A stretch of DNA of 46,220 nucleotides from Patellaria atrata CBS 101060 (lineage: Eukaryota). Positions 1 through 11,473 of this stretch are shown piece by piece. The DNA is taken from assembly GCA_010093705.1 (NCBI GenBank), contig MU006103.1:434001-480220 (forward strand), written 5' to 3'. A program made the position numbers and the translations under genes. The notes below the pieces were generated by a model, which searched no databases, had not been told where the DNA came from, and saw nothing but the letters and a program-made list of their open reading frames with translations. Position 1 is the stretch's first letter. The number at the start of each line of letters is the position of its first letter.

Positions 1-1
1 G

Positions 2-1153
2 CGTGTTCGCCTTATAGATCCCTCTGGGAGATCCCCTGACATCGAACCAGCACAACCAGAGGTATCCTTGAAAATGGTCTCGCCGCCCGTAGTTAAGGAT
101 CATGCTGACGGTACAACCAATGTTACTTTTATCTGCCAGTGGGATTCCAGCATGCATGGTTCGCTTTTGCTTGACCGTACAACCGCGGAGAAGTATAGGG
201 TCAGCGTTAGTCTCATCTGGGACGTGATATGTGCGAAACTCAGCAGACCGATGGTCTTCTCGCTCGATCTCGCCACCCAAATCCGCTCGCGAGCATATAT
301 ACGGCCGACCTCGATGTTTATGCAGTTATGGAACGCTACAAGAGTCGTGCATTCCACCGTTGGAAACTTCTCAGTAGCCGTCCGCCCGACTTCCGCGAAA
401 CGAGCCAGCGACCTCTGGCGAATGAACACACAAAATGACTACATCAAAGGCGAAGAGAATCTGAGCGGCTGGACACCTCGAGGGATCTCTCTAGTAAAAG
501 ACTTCATCGCTGCTCGCAAACGCCGGCGGCGTATTGCAGAGATCGAAACCGCTCGTAGCGTCCTCAGCTCTCGTACCCTCACCTTGAACCCAACGTCTCC
601 ATCCATCTCTTCCGAAAAGCTCACTGAGCAGCAAGAAGCGCTTCTCCGTCGTGTTCTAGATCTCTGGAAACCAAACAAAGACATCAGCACCACGATTCTC
701 GCAAAGCAGAACACCGAACCCCCAACAAACGGCGCCGCGTTCGCTCCCAACCCTACCATCAACGGCTCATCTGCGCCTACCCTAATCGCAGAAGTCCGCT
801 TCATACCTAAAAATCCCTCTCTCCTAAAGGGCGGGTATCTCATGACACCCGACGACACGGCAACGCGGTGGGTGCGACGCTACGTCGAACTTCGTCGGCC
901 GTACCTACATATCTACTCCGTCCCGGAAGGAGATGAACTGAACGCAGTCAATCTGGCAAACTCTCGGATCGACCATCAGCCCCAGATCGCGAAGCTACTG
1001 AGGAGAAATAATAGTAATGTGTTTGCGGTGTATGCACCGCAAAATACATATCTGTTTGCCGCGAGGACGGAAAGAGATAAGGTCGAGTGGATTTTAAAGA
1101 TTGATCAGAGTTATTTTAGTAGTGGGGGGACTACGCCGGATGAAGGGGACTAA
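2..1153 (+). CDS. Kinesin-3 (Unc104/KIF1-like) C-terminal part with PH domain; 5'-truncated by the window edge
   Basis: Frame is open from base 2 (RVRLIDPSG...). It carries the kinesin-3 tail motifs WDSSMHGSLLLDR and YIKGEENLSGWTPRGISLV, and a C-terminal PH domain (KGGYL...WVRRYVELRRPYLHIYS...FAVYAPQNTYLFAARTERDKVEWILKID). Stop TAA ends at 1153. Confidence 0.9.
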   Translation, partial: RVRLIDPSGRSPDIEPAQPEVSLKMVSPPVVKDHADGTTNVTFICQWDSSMHGSLLLDRTTAEKYRVSVSLIWDVICAKLSRPMVFSLDLATQIRSRAYIRPTSMFMQLWNATRVVHSTVGNFSVAVRPTSAKRASDLWRMNTQNDYIKGEENLSGWTPRGISLVKDFIAARKRRRRIAEIETARSVLSSRTLTLNPTSPSISSEKLTEQQEALLRRVLDLWKPNKDISTTILAKQNTEPPTNGAAFAPNPTINGSSAPTLIAEVRFIPKNPSLLKGGYLMTPDDTATRWVRRYVELRRPYLHIYSVPEGDELNAVNLANSRIDHQPQIAKLLRRNNSNVFAVYAPQNTYLFAARTERDKVEWILKIDQSYFSSGGTTPDEGD

Positions 1154-1608
1154 GGTACCACCGAAAGAGTAGGGTAGCCTGTATATATTCAGGGTGATTT
1201 TTGTTCGTCTTTACGTTCTTATTTTTGGTAATAGGATCTTTCAAGGAACTGTACCGCTACGGTTTTTGCATTGGTTGGGCGCGAATGAAGAGAATTGTTT
1301 GATACCCCTATCTGTTTCCGCATTTAGACTTGGATAGAGAGGTTGTTATTATTAGCAATGCCAATCACGACGATGTCGTTGTACAGTATCATGTAGTTTG
1401 GTGTATCATAACCCTATAGTTGGTGTTGTCTATTTCGCGTGCTTCCCCTTCAGTAGTGGAAGGGACGGTATGTAGTATCTATAAGATACTTCATCGTCCT
1501 CGTGACGTACCGGTAGCATCGTCCGATCCCACCTTGGATCACATCAACGCATCCTATCATAGCCAACATGTATCAGATGCTGTAACTCCCTGTACCCACC
1601 CGCGCCTC

Positions 1609-2385
1609 TCAACCAGCCTTCTTCTTCTTATCCTCAATACAATCAATATTGTCCTCCGGCACAACCGGATACGTCTCCGTTATAAAATCAAACACATCAT
1701 CGCTCAAATCACCCTGTACCGTAATCTCCTCTCCCCCTCCGGGCACCTTCGTAACCGAGCTCCCCGTCGCAAACTTCTTCCCAAAATCCTTCGCCACCTT
1801 CTTCAACTCGAGCCCGAAGGCCTCCAAGCCCGACACCACGGTCACGTATTTGCGTTTGCTGCGCTCGACCCGCTTGATCAGCACTTGCGATTCTGCGCGC
1901 TCGGCGGCTTGTCGTTGTTCGAGGGCAGAGGCTTTGGCGGCCTTTTTGGAGGCGTCTTTTTCGGCGCGCTTTTGGGCTTCGACGGAGAGGGCCGCCATGT
2001 TAGCTTCGAGGACCTCTGCAGAGACGTTAGTCGAGGCTGTGGAATGGTGGGATTTGGAGAGTAGAGCGAGTACCTTGCGAGTAGAGTTGTCTGTGTATGT
2101 CTGGGTGATTGGATAGGAGCCATTCTTCGCACTTCTTGGTCGTTCCCCCGAATTCACAGTACTACGGTTCATGTGTGAGGTCTTGTTTGAGGGTAAAGGA
2201 TTTGTTTGAGGGGATATTTTAGGAGGGACTCGTGATGGGAGCGTACCTACTTCTGGAGGAAGACTGCAGACTGTGATAATGTTAGCAAGATGGGTTTTAG
2301 GGGCGTGTTTTGATCATATTGACGTACTACCACAGTAGAGCACCTGCTTAGCCGGCTGCTGAGTGGGTACTGATGATTCGGCCAT
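1609..2385 (-). CDS. TMA22: Translation machinery-associated protein 22 (DENR, SUI1 domain)
   Basis: Exons 2385-2328, 2270-2251 (20 nt), 2161-2074 and 2015-1609 splice at GT..AG to [41 protein letters not shown]...; the CxxC..C..C Zn motif and the SUI1 domain (KKFATGSSVTK, EITVQGD) are typical of DENR/Tma22. Confidence 0.93.
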
Positions 2386-2876
2386 ACTGTTGAGCTGGAA
2401 TCTTAGGAGTTGAGAGTACACCTTTGGGTACTTTGAGCTCCTAAGGGTAGACTGATCGTCCAGGCAAAAGAATTAGTGGAAGTTTCTATGTAGTTAGAGC
2501 TTTGGATTATCTCCAAGTGCTTCACGAAGTTCAGACGAGAGTTCTTATGACGCTAACCCGATCAAGCCGTGGGGCTACCAGAACAACATTGAGGGGTCGA
2601 AAATGTGGGGATAAAACAGCTTACCGAATCGTCAGATATCTGACAACATTGGCACTTAAGGACAGCAAATGTCTATTCTTCTGAGAATTAGTAAACACGC
2701 CAGTAGTCTCAGATCAACCAATTCATCCAACTAAAGGTTTGGATTGTAGTAAAATCTTACATTAGCATAGCAAAATCAAGCTATTGCCCTTTCCCTAATT
2801 TGGGTAAGCCTACCCACCATCGAGGTCTTAAAACTTCCGTCATCCAGATAAGGAGACGATACATAATCTTCATCCT

Positions 2877-3857
2877 TTAGACGTCGATACCATCAACAGT
2901 GACACCCTTGTGCCACTCGTATTGCATGATCCTTGCAACCTCCTTAGCAGTATCCTCGGACACCATAGCAGCAACAAGGTAAAGACTAGCGTCCAGACCA
3001 GTCGAGATGCCACCACTTGTGATTACCCTCAGCCCTCCCAGCCTCAGTGTAGCTCTACGAGCATTTGACTCGCGGCGTTTGTTGGACTCCTTCCAGGCAT
3101 TGCTACCCTTTCTCGCAATGGACATCCTCCTATTATCCGGGCGCTTCTTCACGACATAGGGGTTCTCATCAATGTTCTCTCCAAGGTCGAAGCGTGCGTT
3201 GTTGACTACATATCTCTCTTCCATAACATCGGTTTGTTCCAAGTCGCCATGCCTAGCAGCTTCCTTGCAGAGAATCTCAAGCTTTGTGTAGTGATCGGGA
3301 TGCGTGGTCGCACCGAATCCCTGAAGAACACCAGCTTTGGCAAGCAAAAGAGAGCCAGTGCATACGGAGAAGAGAGTGCGCTCCTTGGAAGGATCTTTCT
3401 TTTGAAGCTCAGCCCAAGCTTTGATCAGGCTCAAGTGCTCGGGCTTCTCCTCAGTTTGGTCGAGAATAGGTTGGACACCACCACCTGGAATGACGAGGAT
3501 ATCGTATTCATCCAAGTCTTCATGGGCATCTTCGAAGTCCATATGAGCGCGGAGAGAAGCTCCTTGGGCGGTGACAACATGTTCTGTAGCGGCGACAAAA
3601 GAACATTTGAAGGCTTTGGTCGCTGTAAGGACAAACAATGTCAGCACTCAGATACACTGCTCGGAAGGGACTCGTAGAAGCTATTGTCTGAGCTACACGG
3701 GGTCCATAAACGTACAGGCATCATTCATATTATGTTTAGCGTGACTAAAGACCTCAAGTGGTCCAGTCAAGTCCAACGTGTCCATGCCATTGTGCATGGT
3801 GAAGAGGACATTGACGACACTCGGTGTGCCGTCATCATTTTCATTGATTGCACTCAT
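2877..3857 (-). CDS. DJ-1/PfpI (class I glutamine amidotransferase-like) protein, isocyanide-hydratase-like subgroup
   Basis: Exon 1 MSAINENDDGTPSVVNVLFTMHNGMDTLDLTGPLEVFSHAKH, one GTACGT..CAG intron, then YDILVIPGG, nucleophile elbow SVCTGSLLLA, ATTH and ITSGGISTGLDASLYLV. Confidence 0.88.
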
Positions 3858-6310
3858 CTTGCCGATTGTATGGAACGCTTGCCGTACGGTAGAACGGATT
3901 GAGTTTGTTAGAGAGTAGAAGATATGATGTGGTAATTTCGGGAAGGTGGTGAGGTGGAGTAGGTCCGTGATGTGTAGAAGGCTAGAAGGATAACGGTGGG
4001 GGGTGAGAGTTTCTACAGTAACTTACAAGTGCACCTTACCCCAGACACAGGCCCCTTACCCCGCAACGGGCGGGGCCCCACAGCTTTTCCACCTTAGCTT
4101 TAGGTTGGATCTGAGCCTTCGGACTTTCAACACACAATATTACCTACACAACATCAAAACCGCCACCACCACCCAAAATAATAATACTGCGGCGTGGGAT
4201 TCCATCTCCTCTTATCAAGTTTTCGAACCTAACCAGTCTACACTCTTCATCCTAAGGTATCTCCTCGGTACATGCCCTTATCGATAGAGCAGGCCGCATC
4301 GCCCATTGTTGAGTACAGACGCTGTTTATCCCCACTGGCGAGTTATAGCATCTCGCTGAAACATTTGTAAATTCCAGACCTACGGCTCTTCAACAACTGA
4401 CCAGAGCATTTCGAACAGAATATCAGGTCTGACTAGATGCCGGTCATAGCTGTGTCAAACGTAAAGCATTCGACTCCATTCTATAGCAGAGATCAACAAC
4501 GACAAAAAAGCACAAGCTGTTCAAACAATGCTTTGTCGAAAAACTTAACTCGATCTTTTTGTCTAATGTGTGTCAACTGCTCCAGAGCGAGGATGGAAGA
4601 AGAAAACATGAGCTAGGCGGCCAGCTCCGACTTTCAATGGTACTCTCTACCAGAATATCATTCGTTCAGTCGTTCTACCTAGCACAGTGTATACTGTGCC
4701 AGTGGGAATTACTGATAGCATACAGACAAAGTAGGTAAATCTAGGCGAAGACATCTCTCCACCAAAGTTACCAACATACGGCCGTTCTGCCGGTACCTTT
4801 TTAATTTAATTTTAGCATGAGGCTAGCCGGGCATTCCCATCTGCGAATCTTATACCAACAGTGACGCTCGTGGGATGAAAAGAGCGAAATTGAGTTTATC
4901 ACTCGCAGCAAAGTCTTATGTGCCTGCGATATCAAGCTAGCGCTGTAACAGTTATACTGACACCTGATATCATAGTAATCCTTTATAGGAAATAATGGTG
5001 CAGCCTCCCTAGAAGCATGTCCAATCCCCTCTTGCAGCACATGCACACAAACGCCGTGAAACGGTTTGGCATACAAGGATCATTAAGCTCCTGCTGTACA
5101 AAACATCTACCTGTGATCTACTGTACAGTACCTATCCTGCTGGCATATCGCATGGCAAGTTCCTTTCTCTCTTACTGTGCCTCCAGTTTTACCTTTTCCA
5201 TTAAGGTCCCAAAGTCTTCCAAGCTGGCACAGATATGCTCGCTCTCTTTCTATTCTAGCTCAAGTCGGACTCCCAAGCTCTCTAGCCAACTCTTGGTACT
5301 GCATAGTCGAAGCTCTTTATACTTGGGATGGTCGTAGACATTCTATAGAGACCCGGGAGATACATGCTTCATGTGGAAGGTAAGTGATTCGATCATGTCT
5401 GTGCGGCCTACTTTACGCCGTGTATTTGCCCCGAGGTCCATGACATCGGATTCGAGGTTTCAAACTCGTCCGGAACCGAAATTCAAGAACATCTTGAAAA
5501 TCATTACTATGATATATCATACCTACGGGAGGATTATGTTTTTGTACTACCTTCTATCAGCTTATGACGAAATGATTAGAGTGATCAGTTACTCCAGCGG
5601 AAAGGTAATCGGTGTATGTTTCATCTGCGCTCGTGGTTTTTGGGTCCAGGCTATTAACGATCTATTCTGCTCTAAGTTAGTCCAATCTTTCGAAATACAG
5701 CTATTCAAGTTTCTATATCATTATGCAAGGGTCCATACTTTTTCTCTTGGAAATGGTTCTAGCTGCAACTAGAACTACACTGCAAACTGGGTGTAAAATG
5801 CAAAGAGCGTGGGTCTTTCTGAGCTACCGGACTCAGCTTTACACTATGGCACGGATATTTCAGTTACACATACCACTGAAAACCTGGAGCATGACTGATT
5901 TCCCCGAAATCTGGAAAGGCAATATCTCGGTCTCATCGCATTCAGAGTTTGATGGTTCATGGTGGACTATTCGGTGAATAGGGAATTACATACAACAGCT
6001 CTTGTGTCCTGCCAAAGTTGGATACGATACCTTATGATTTGCAGATCGCCACTACGGAAGCGGCTGTATATGCATCGCAGGCGGAAGCAGGGACAGAGTC
6101 TTGGTAGCGATACCAGTTCCCTCATGATAAAGTTCTGGAATCCTATTCGAGGTTAAATATTTCATCTGCATGACCGCCGAGATATCCATCCAGCTCATGT
6201 GTCACCGTATTATGACTTTGCAAATAGTCTTGTTGTCTATAAAAGACCTGGATGCCTAGGACAAAAGATGAGTTTAGGATTTCCAAATTCAAACTTTAAG
6301 AACAAAGAAC

Positions 6311-7216
6311 ATGCAACTCAAATATTTTCTTCTCTCTACTCTTCTTGGTGGAGCCGCTAGGGCCGCCTTGAATGAGCCATGTTACGGATCAGGAGGCAGA
6401 GCTGGTACATTCCTATCCAACACCTATGATTTCCAAGTCTTTCTCGCAATGACATAATAACTAATATGCCACAGGTGTCTGCGTTACGACAACTACTTGT
6501 TCTTCAGGCGGTGGTGTAACTATCAACGGTGGTTGTCCAAGTGATCCAGCGAACGTAAAGTGCTGTAGCAAAGCTTCTTGTGGTGCCAGCCCCGGAAACT
6601 GTCGCTGGACCAGCGATTGTGGCGGCAGCTCCGTATCTAACCTCTGCCCTGGACCTGCTGGCTTCAAATGTTGCCAGTCGACTGCTACTGGTTTTGGAGG
6701 GTACGGTGCTCCAGCCATTCCGGCCGTCGGTGGTTGCAAAGCAGTAGCCGTCGATGGCGCTAGGAAGATTGTCAATGCCTGGCCTGGCCGTATCAGGCAA
6801 ATCTACTGCACACGTGACTGCGCGTGCGGAAGTGGCTCTGACCATTGCTGTGGTAAAGCTACTGATATGATGTGCTCCGATGCTGGAGGTGTAAGTCTAT
6901 ATCAATTAGGTTTACTCTTGAATATTTGATTAGGGACTAATATACTGTATAGACTCCGACTATCTCAGGTCGTCAAATTGCCGAATGGGTTATGAACAAC
7001 AGAGGTACTCTTAACCTCAAGTATGTAATTTGGGGCCAGCGTATCTGGAACCCTTCCCAGGATGCCGTGGCTCCATGGACTTCTTGGCGCGGTATGGAGG
7101 ATAGAGGGGACGTTACTCAGAACCATTGGTAAGTTCCCAACTGGTACATTTCCTTGTGACTTCGTGGTAGTCTAATATCCAAATCTAGGGACCACGTCCA
7201 CGTGAGCTACAACTAA
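6311..7216 (+). CDS. Secreted Cys-rich protein (237 aa): signal peptide, two 6-Cys modules and a C-terminal LAS/M15-like Zn-peptidase domain (Sip/VldE/ARB_07466-like)
   Basis: Exons 6311-6404, 6475-6890, 6953-7128 and 7189-7216 join in frame (714 nt) through three GT..AG introns, each with a CTAAY branch point. N-terminus MQLKYFLLSTLLGGAARA is a signal peptide. Motifs SDHCCGKATD (H-x6-D), KYVIWGQRIW and MEDRGDVTQNHWDHVHVSYN (HxH). TATAAAA lies at ~6238. Confidence 0.9.
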
Positions 7217-10200
7217 GCTCAACGGCCTAAATCAGGACGGCAAAAGGCAAGCCATGGACTGGACTGAATGGTTGACGATAGCCTTTCAACGGAGGACTGT
7301 ACGGTGAAAACCGATATAGACTCACTACGCTCGTTGCCACAGAACAGATTCACAATCCATAGGTTACGACTCTGTGGGGCTGAACTTTCCTTTCTCTCGT
7401 CTTCTTGAAAATTGAATATAGCAACGTAGTCACGGCCAATACAATAGTATATCTACAGAGAAGTCTTGATTCTTCCACCAACGTTAGTCGGTGATTAACC
7501 ACAAAATATGGAGGTATAGATGTACAGGGTTATCTAAGTAGTCAGCTATTTTGTATGAATCGATCAACTGTCTTTCAAAAACATTTACTTGGTGTTACGA
7601 CATATGTGAACAACAGTGACGATTTTATAATCCAATTGAATAAGGTATAATAGAGAGAACTGTAGGAGATGTCTGGGAAGCAGGAGGTATATAGTGCAAT
7701 GAGGTCTGTATAAGCTTTCACTCACCATCAAGGTCCTCCGGCTCTTCAGAATCATTCCGTTTTGGTATTCATCACCCATCGGGTGTGTGATCAGTAAGAT
7801 CAATTTATGAGTATGGTTATAATGGATACTGTTCGAAGTCTGAAATTGACATAGCATCAACATATAAAAGGTATGTATATGTGGAAGGGATAGTTACACT
7901 CGCGGTTGAGAGTGCGATGATCGTGTATCAGCAAACAGACAGCAATCAGTGAAGAGGTATGTACTGGCAATATTAATCATTGTAACTGTTCGCTTTTAAA
8001 CTTTTGAACTTTCCAATCCCTAGCCCCTATTCCAGTGAGGGTGTGAAAGAAATTTGGTCTGAAGATGGGGGCTTGTCAATGTGTGCATGTATTAAGACTT
8101 AGAAGTCTTCTCCGTCTCACAGCTCAAGCACTACTTCTCTACAAGTGACTCTGGTAATTACTGTGTTCATTCAGGAGAGCGCCCTGTAATTCACAGGAAG
8201 TAGCCAGCCGAAAGTTATGCCAGTACTCCTCGCGAGGTTGATGAGACAAATAGATACTCATGGAATAGGACATCGTCTGAGTGAGAGCACCCACCCCTTC
8301 ATTCGCAATGCGTGGTGATGGACCAGTTGATGCCTATCTCGACTTGTTAGTGGAGTGTTGAGACAAGTTGTTCCGTGCTTCACTGGAAAACCTTAAACTC
8401 ACATGTTCTATAGACTCGTGAGGAGGCTCGTGTTGGACTTTATCTTGCTTCGATGGACCCCCTCTTGCAGAGCCGCTTGTAGATAGCTCTACCTTTGTAG
8501 AGAGACAGCTTTCCTAAGACCGGTTTGCTAGTGTCAAAAGCTCGCTATCCCGTCCAAGGAAGTAGGGGGTCGTTACTCACGCAACCAGATTGGCGTGTCT
8601 GGAATTCATCACGGTTGTCCTCATGTCCCATCACCTTCCCCCTTTCTCCCTTAGTCGACGGAGTGGCACTTTTGTTGTTCATTCCTTCAATTAGGGGATA
8701 CAGCTTGAGGTGTCAAAGTCCAGAGTATCAGCAACACGTCCGGATAGAGATATTAACCTGGGAAGATAATACACCCTCCCAATAATTTGCCACTCGAAGT
8801 CCATAGAGTCACGCATACGTGGATATGGTTCTGGGTTGGAGCTTATTCACAATACCTCCAGCGATGGAGTATTCAGATTGACACTTCATGCATGGCTAGC
8901 TCTTACTTTGTGGCGAGATTACCTTCGACTCGGGAATCTTGCAAGCTTTCCACCGGCTTTCTGTTTCTAGTCAACGATACCGAGCATCAGAAAAGAGCAA
9001 CCGCAAGCAGCTCGCCGACATTGCTTCGACCTGAAGAACCGGCATCAATGATGCATCTTCTTGCTCGCGAAGAGATCCAGTGGGCGATGAGGCAGTGTCA
9101 CATCTCATTATGCCACCTCATTTGTCCATTTTCATAGTTTCCGTCTTAGGAGGTCCGCGGTTCCCTTCTACGCCTCGCGATGTTTTATGCACACCGCTAT
9201 ATTGACGAGACATTGTACTTAAAGGTCAAGAACACTATTCGCTGAGAGAAAATGGCGATAATCCTCATTCTCAAATTAGTGGCAACATTTTATATTAGGG
9301 CAGAGCTCGATTTCCAGCTGCAGTTACTGCAAAACATGTCTCAAAATATAGTCCCCTTGCTCAATGCTGCATACCATCCTGGTGCTCGGTTGAGCTTGAG
9401 AGATAAACGAGGATCTATTCTTTCTTAGTATTCAAATACATCTATAAGAGTAAGCGAAAAAAGGCAATCAACTTGGAGACGAATACCGTGGTTAGGAAGC
9501 AACTGAAGACTAATTAATTTCTGCTAGACAGATAGAACAGCTTTGACAATCAATCGCTAATTGGTATAGTATAAACCTCGTCACGTAAGCTGCGAGAGAT
9601 GGTAGAAAATGAAGATGTGATACATCATACGCGGGAAACATACAAGGCGCATTCAAACGCGAACCGTTTGCCTCATTCTTGAGAGAAGTGTTTCGCCACC
9701 GACTTGGACTTGGACAAGGATATGTCCTGAGATATTTTCTGACGGAAAGGTTTCAGAAGCAAATGTAAAGAGACTCTTTGTACAGAGAGGTTATTGACCT
9801 TATTCTTTGCTCCCTTAACTTATCGATAGCATCCCGATCATACTCGTAGAATAGTTGATGTTAATAACAAATTCGGCCGTATCATGAGGATATATTCTCA
9901 TATACGGACTATTTCTACCTCAGCCTTGAGTTATCAAGATAAGGATCAAGCAGCACGAGGTGCCTTATGGATTGTCGGGAGTGCACGTGGAGAACTTGTG
10001 TTAGGTTACTGTCCTCTGTTATGTACGGATTATAATCTCAATGTGTCGTTCTAGGACTAGAACTGGTTCTAACCAGTTCAGGCAGACACTTGGACCATTC
10101 AACGTCAGCTCCACGGCAGTTTCCAAGAGCATCATATCACGTTGAACAGATCCTTCACTTGCTTTCTCATACAATCATATATCCATGTGCACATTATCAA

Positions 10201-11440
10201 TATTACATACTCCTCTATCTGCTTGACCTGATTTTGTCTGATCGTACTGCACATCACCGTTTCTCCGTTACTGGTACCTCTCTCCCCACAAGGCTTAAGG
10301 GTACTTCCTAGAGTGGCGAGATCTCTGCCCGAATGGCTTCCTCAGGACTTCTCATCCGCTTTACGGTTGGCGGATGGGAGGATGTTAATCACGTTAAAAG
10401 GTTCCTCTTTAGGTTTCTGCTGTCTCCAAACTTTCATCTGTATTCATTCTGTCAGCTCCCCGTTGATCATTCCGCCCATGGTACAACGGGTGTCCTGGAC
10501 TAACTTGAAAGCTTTCTTTTTTTATGCTGTTTTTCCCTTCTGTATATCCTTCACTTGCTCCTTGATGAGCACCTCTATCCTCTTTCGCTCCCTTAGCTTC
10601 TGTACCAGCCATATTCAAAGTGGACCCTAGTGAGCTGTTCAGACCCATCAGCACATGTGAGAGTTGTTGGATATTCCAATCCAGTAATATAAATAACAAT
10701 GGGGTCGACTTACTCAGGTTGAAGTAGGTGCGTTTTCGGGCAATACTAGCGTAGATCGACGGCGAATAAACCAGCATAGCTCGGAAAGAGGAAAAACTCA
10801 GCTTTTATACGATCTCTTTGGTGTCCCATTTGTTTTTCTATACCTTCACGTATACTTCATCTTACACCAAATGGCATTGGTGAAGAATTTTGTGGCTGTC
10901 TCGTCCAAGCGCATACGTTCCGCAAGCTCTATTTCACATCGTTTGGGATGTCTTTGTGGAATGCGAAAAGTTTGCACGTACACGGCCACCGCGGGTATGA
11001 GACACTGGTCCTTAGTAGGAGACAGGGATCAAGTATGCGTTATGGTAATTTTGGGATAATGTTGACCTATTCAACATATTACCGCTAAGAACGTCTCACC
11101 GGGACCACGTACTGTACACTCCAATACTGGTCTTCAGCTGTACGACCTTTGGGTTGTTGGTCCCGCCTAAGTCGGAGAGGACGAACCGAACCCCAAAGGC
11201 CTTAAGAAACTGGGGTAGGAGGCGACAATGAATCCGGTTTGGCTTGTTCCCCATCCGAATTCCTCACCCTCATCAAGCATCGCGTCAGGTTGGTCAAGGG
11301 ATTATATCATACCGAGGTCCGAAGTCCGATCTTCCCGAAATGTGACTTCTATCTTGTCGTTAAATCTACTGATCATTGTGAGAGATAAGTACGTTTTACG
11401 AATGCTAGAGTCCGACGGTCGCTGTTGATTCCTCTTATGA

Positions 11441-11473
11441 TAGATTTCAGTGTCAGCTTGACTCTGAAATCTA
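11441..11473. repeat. Short near-perfect inverted repeat (15-bp arms, 3-nt loop)
   Basis: TAGATTTCAGTGTCA-GCT-TGACTCTGAAATCTA, one mismatch between the arms. Confidence 0.6.

Noticed and set aside
1420..2116. Plus-strand ORFs of 214 and 155 aa
   Set aside because: Antisense to TMA22; an artefact of its biased codon usage.
4774..4800. ACATACGGCC, resembling the 5' end of fungal 5S rRNA
   Set aside because: Similarity stops after ~10 nt; no internal control region or complementary 3' end.
6461..6845. Minus-strand ORFs of 104 and 113 aa in the ORF track
   Set aside because: Antisense shadows of exon 2 of the + strand secreted gene, which has a signal peptide, canonical introns and catalytic motifs.
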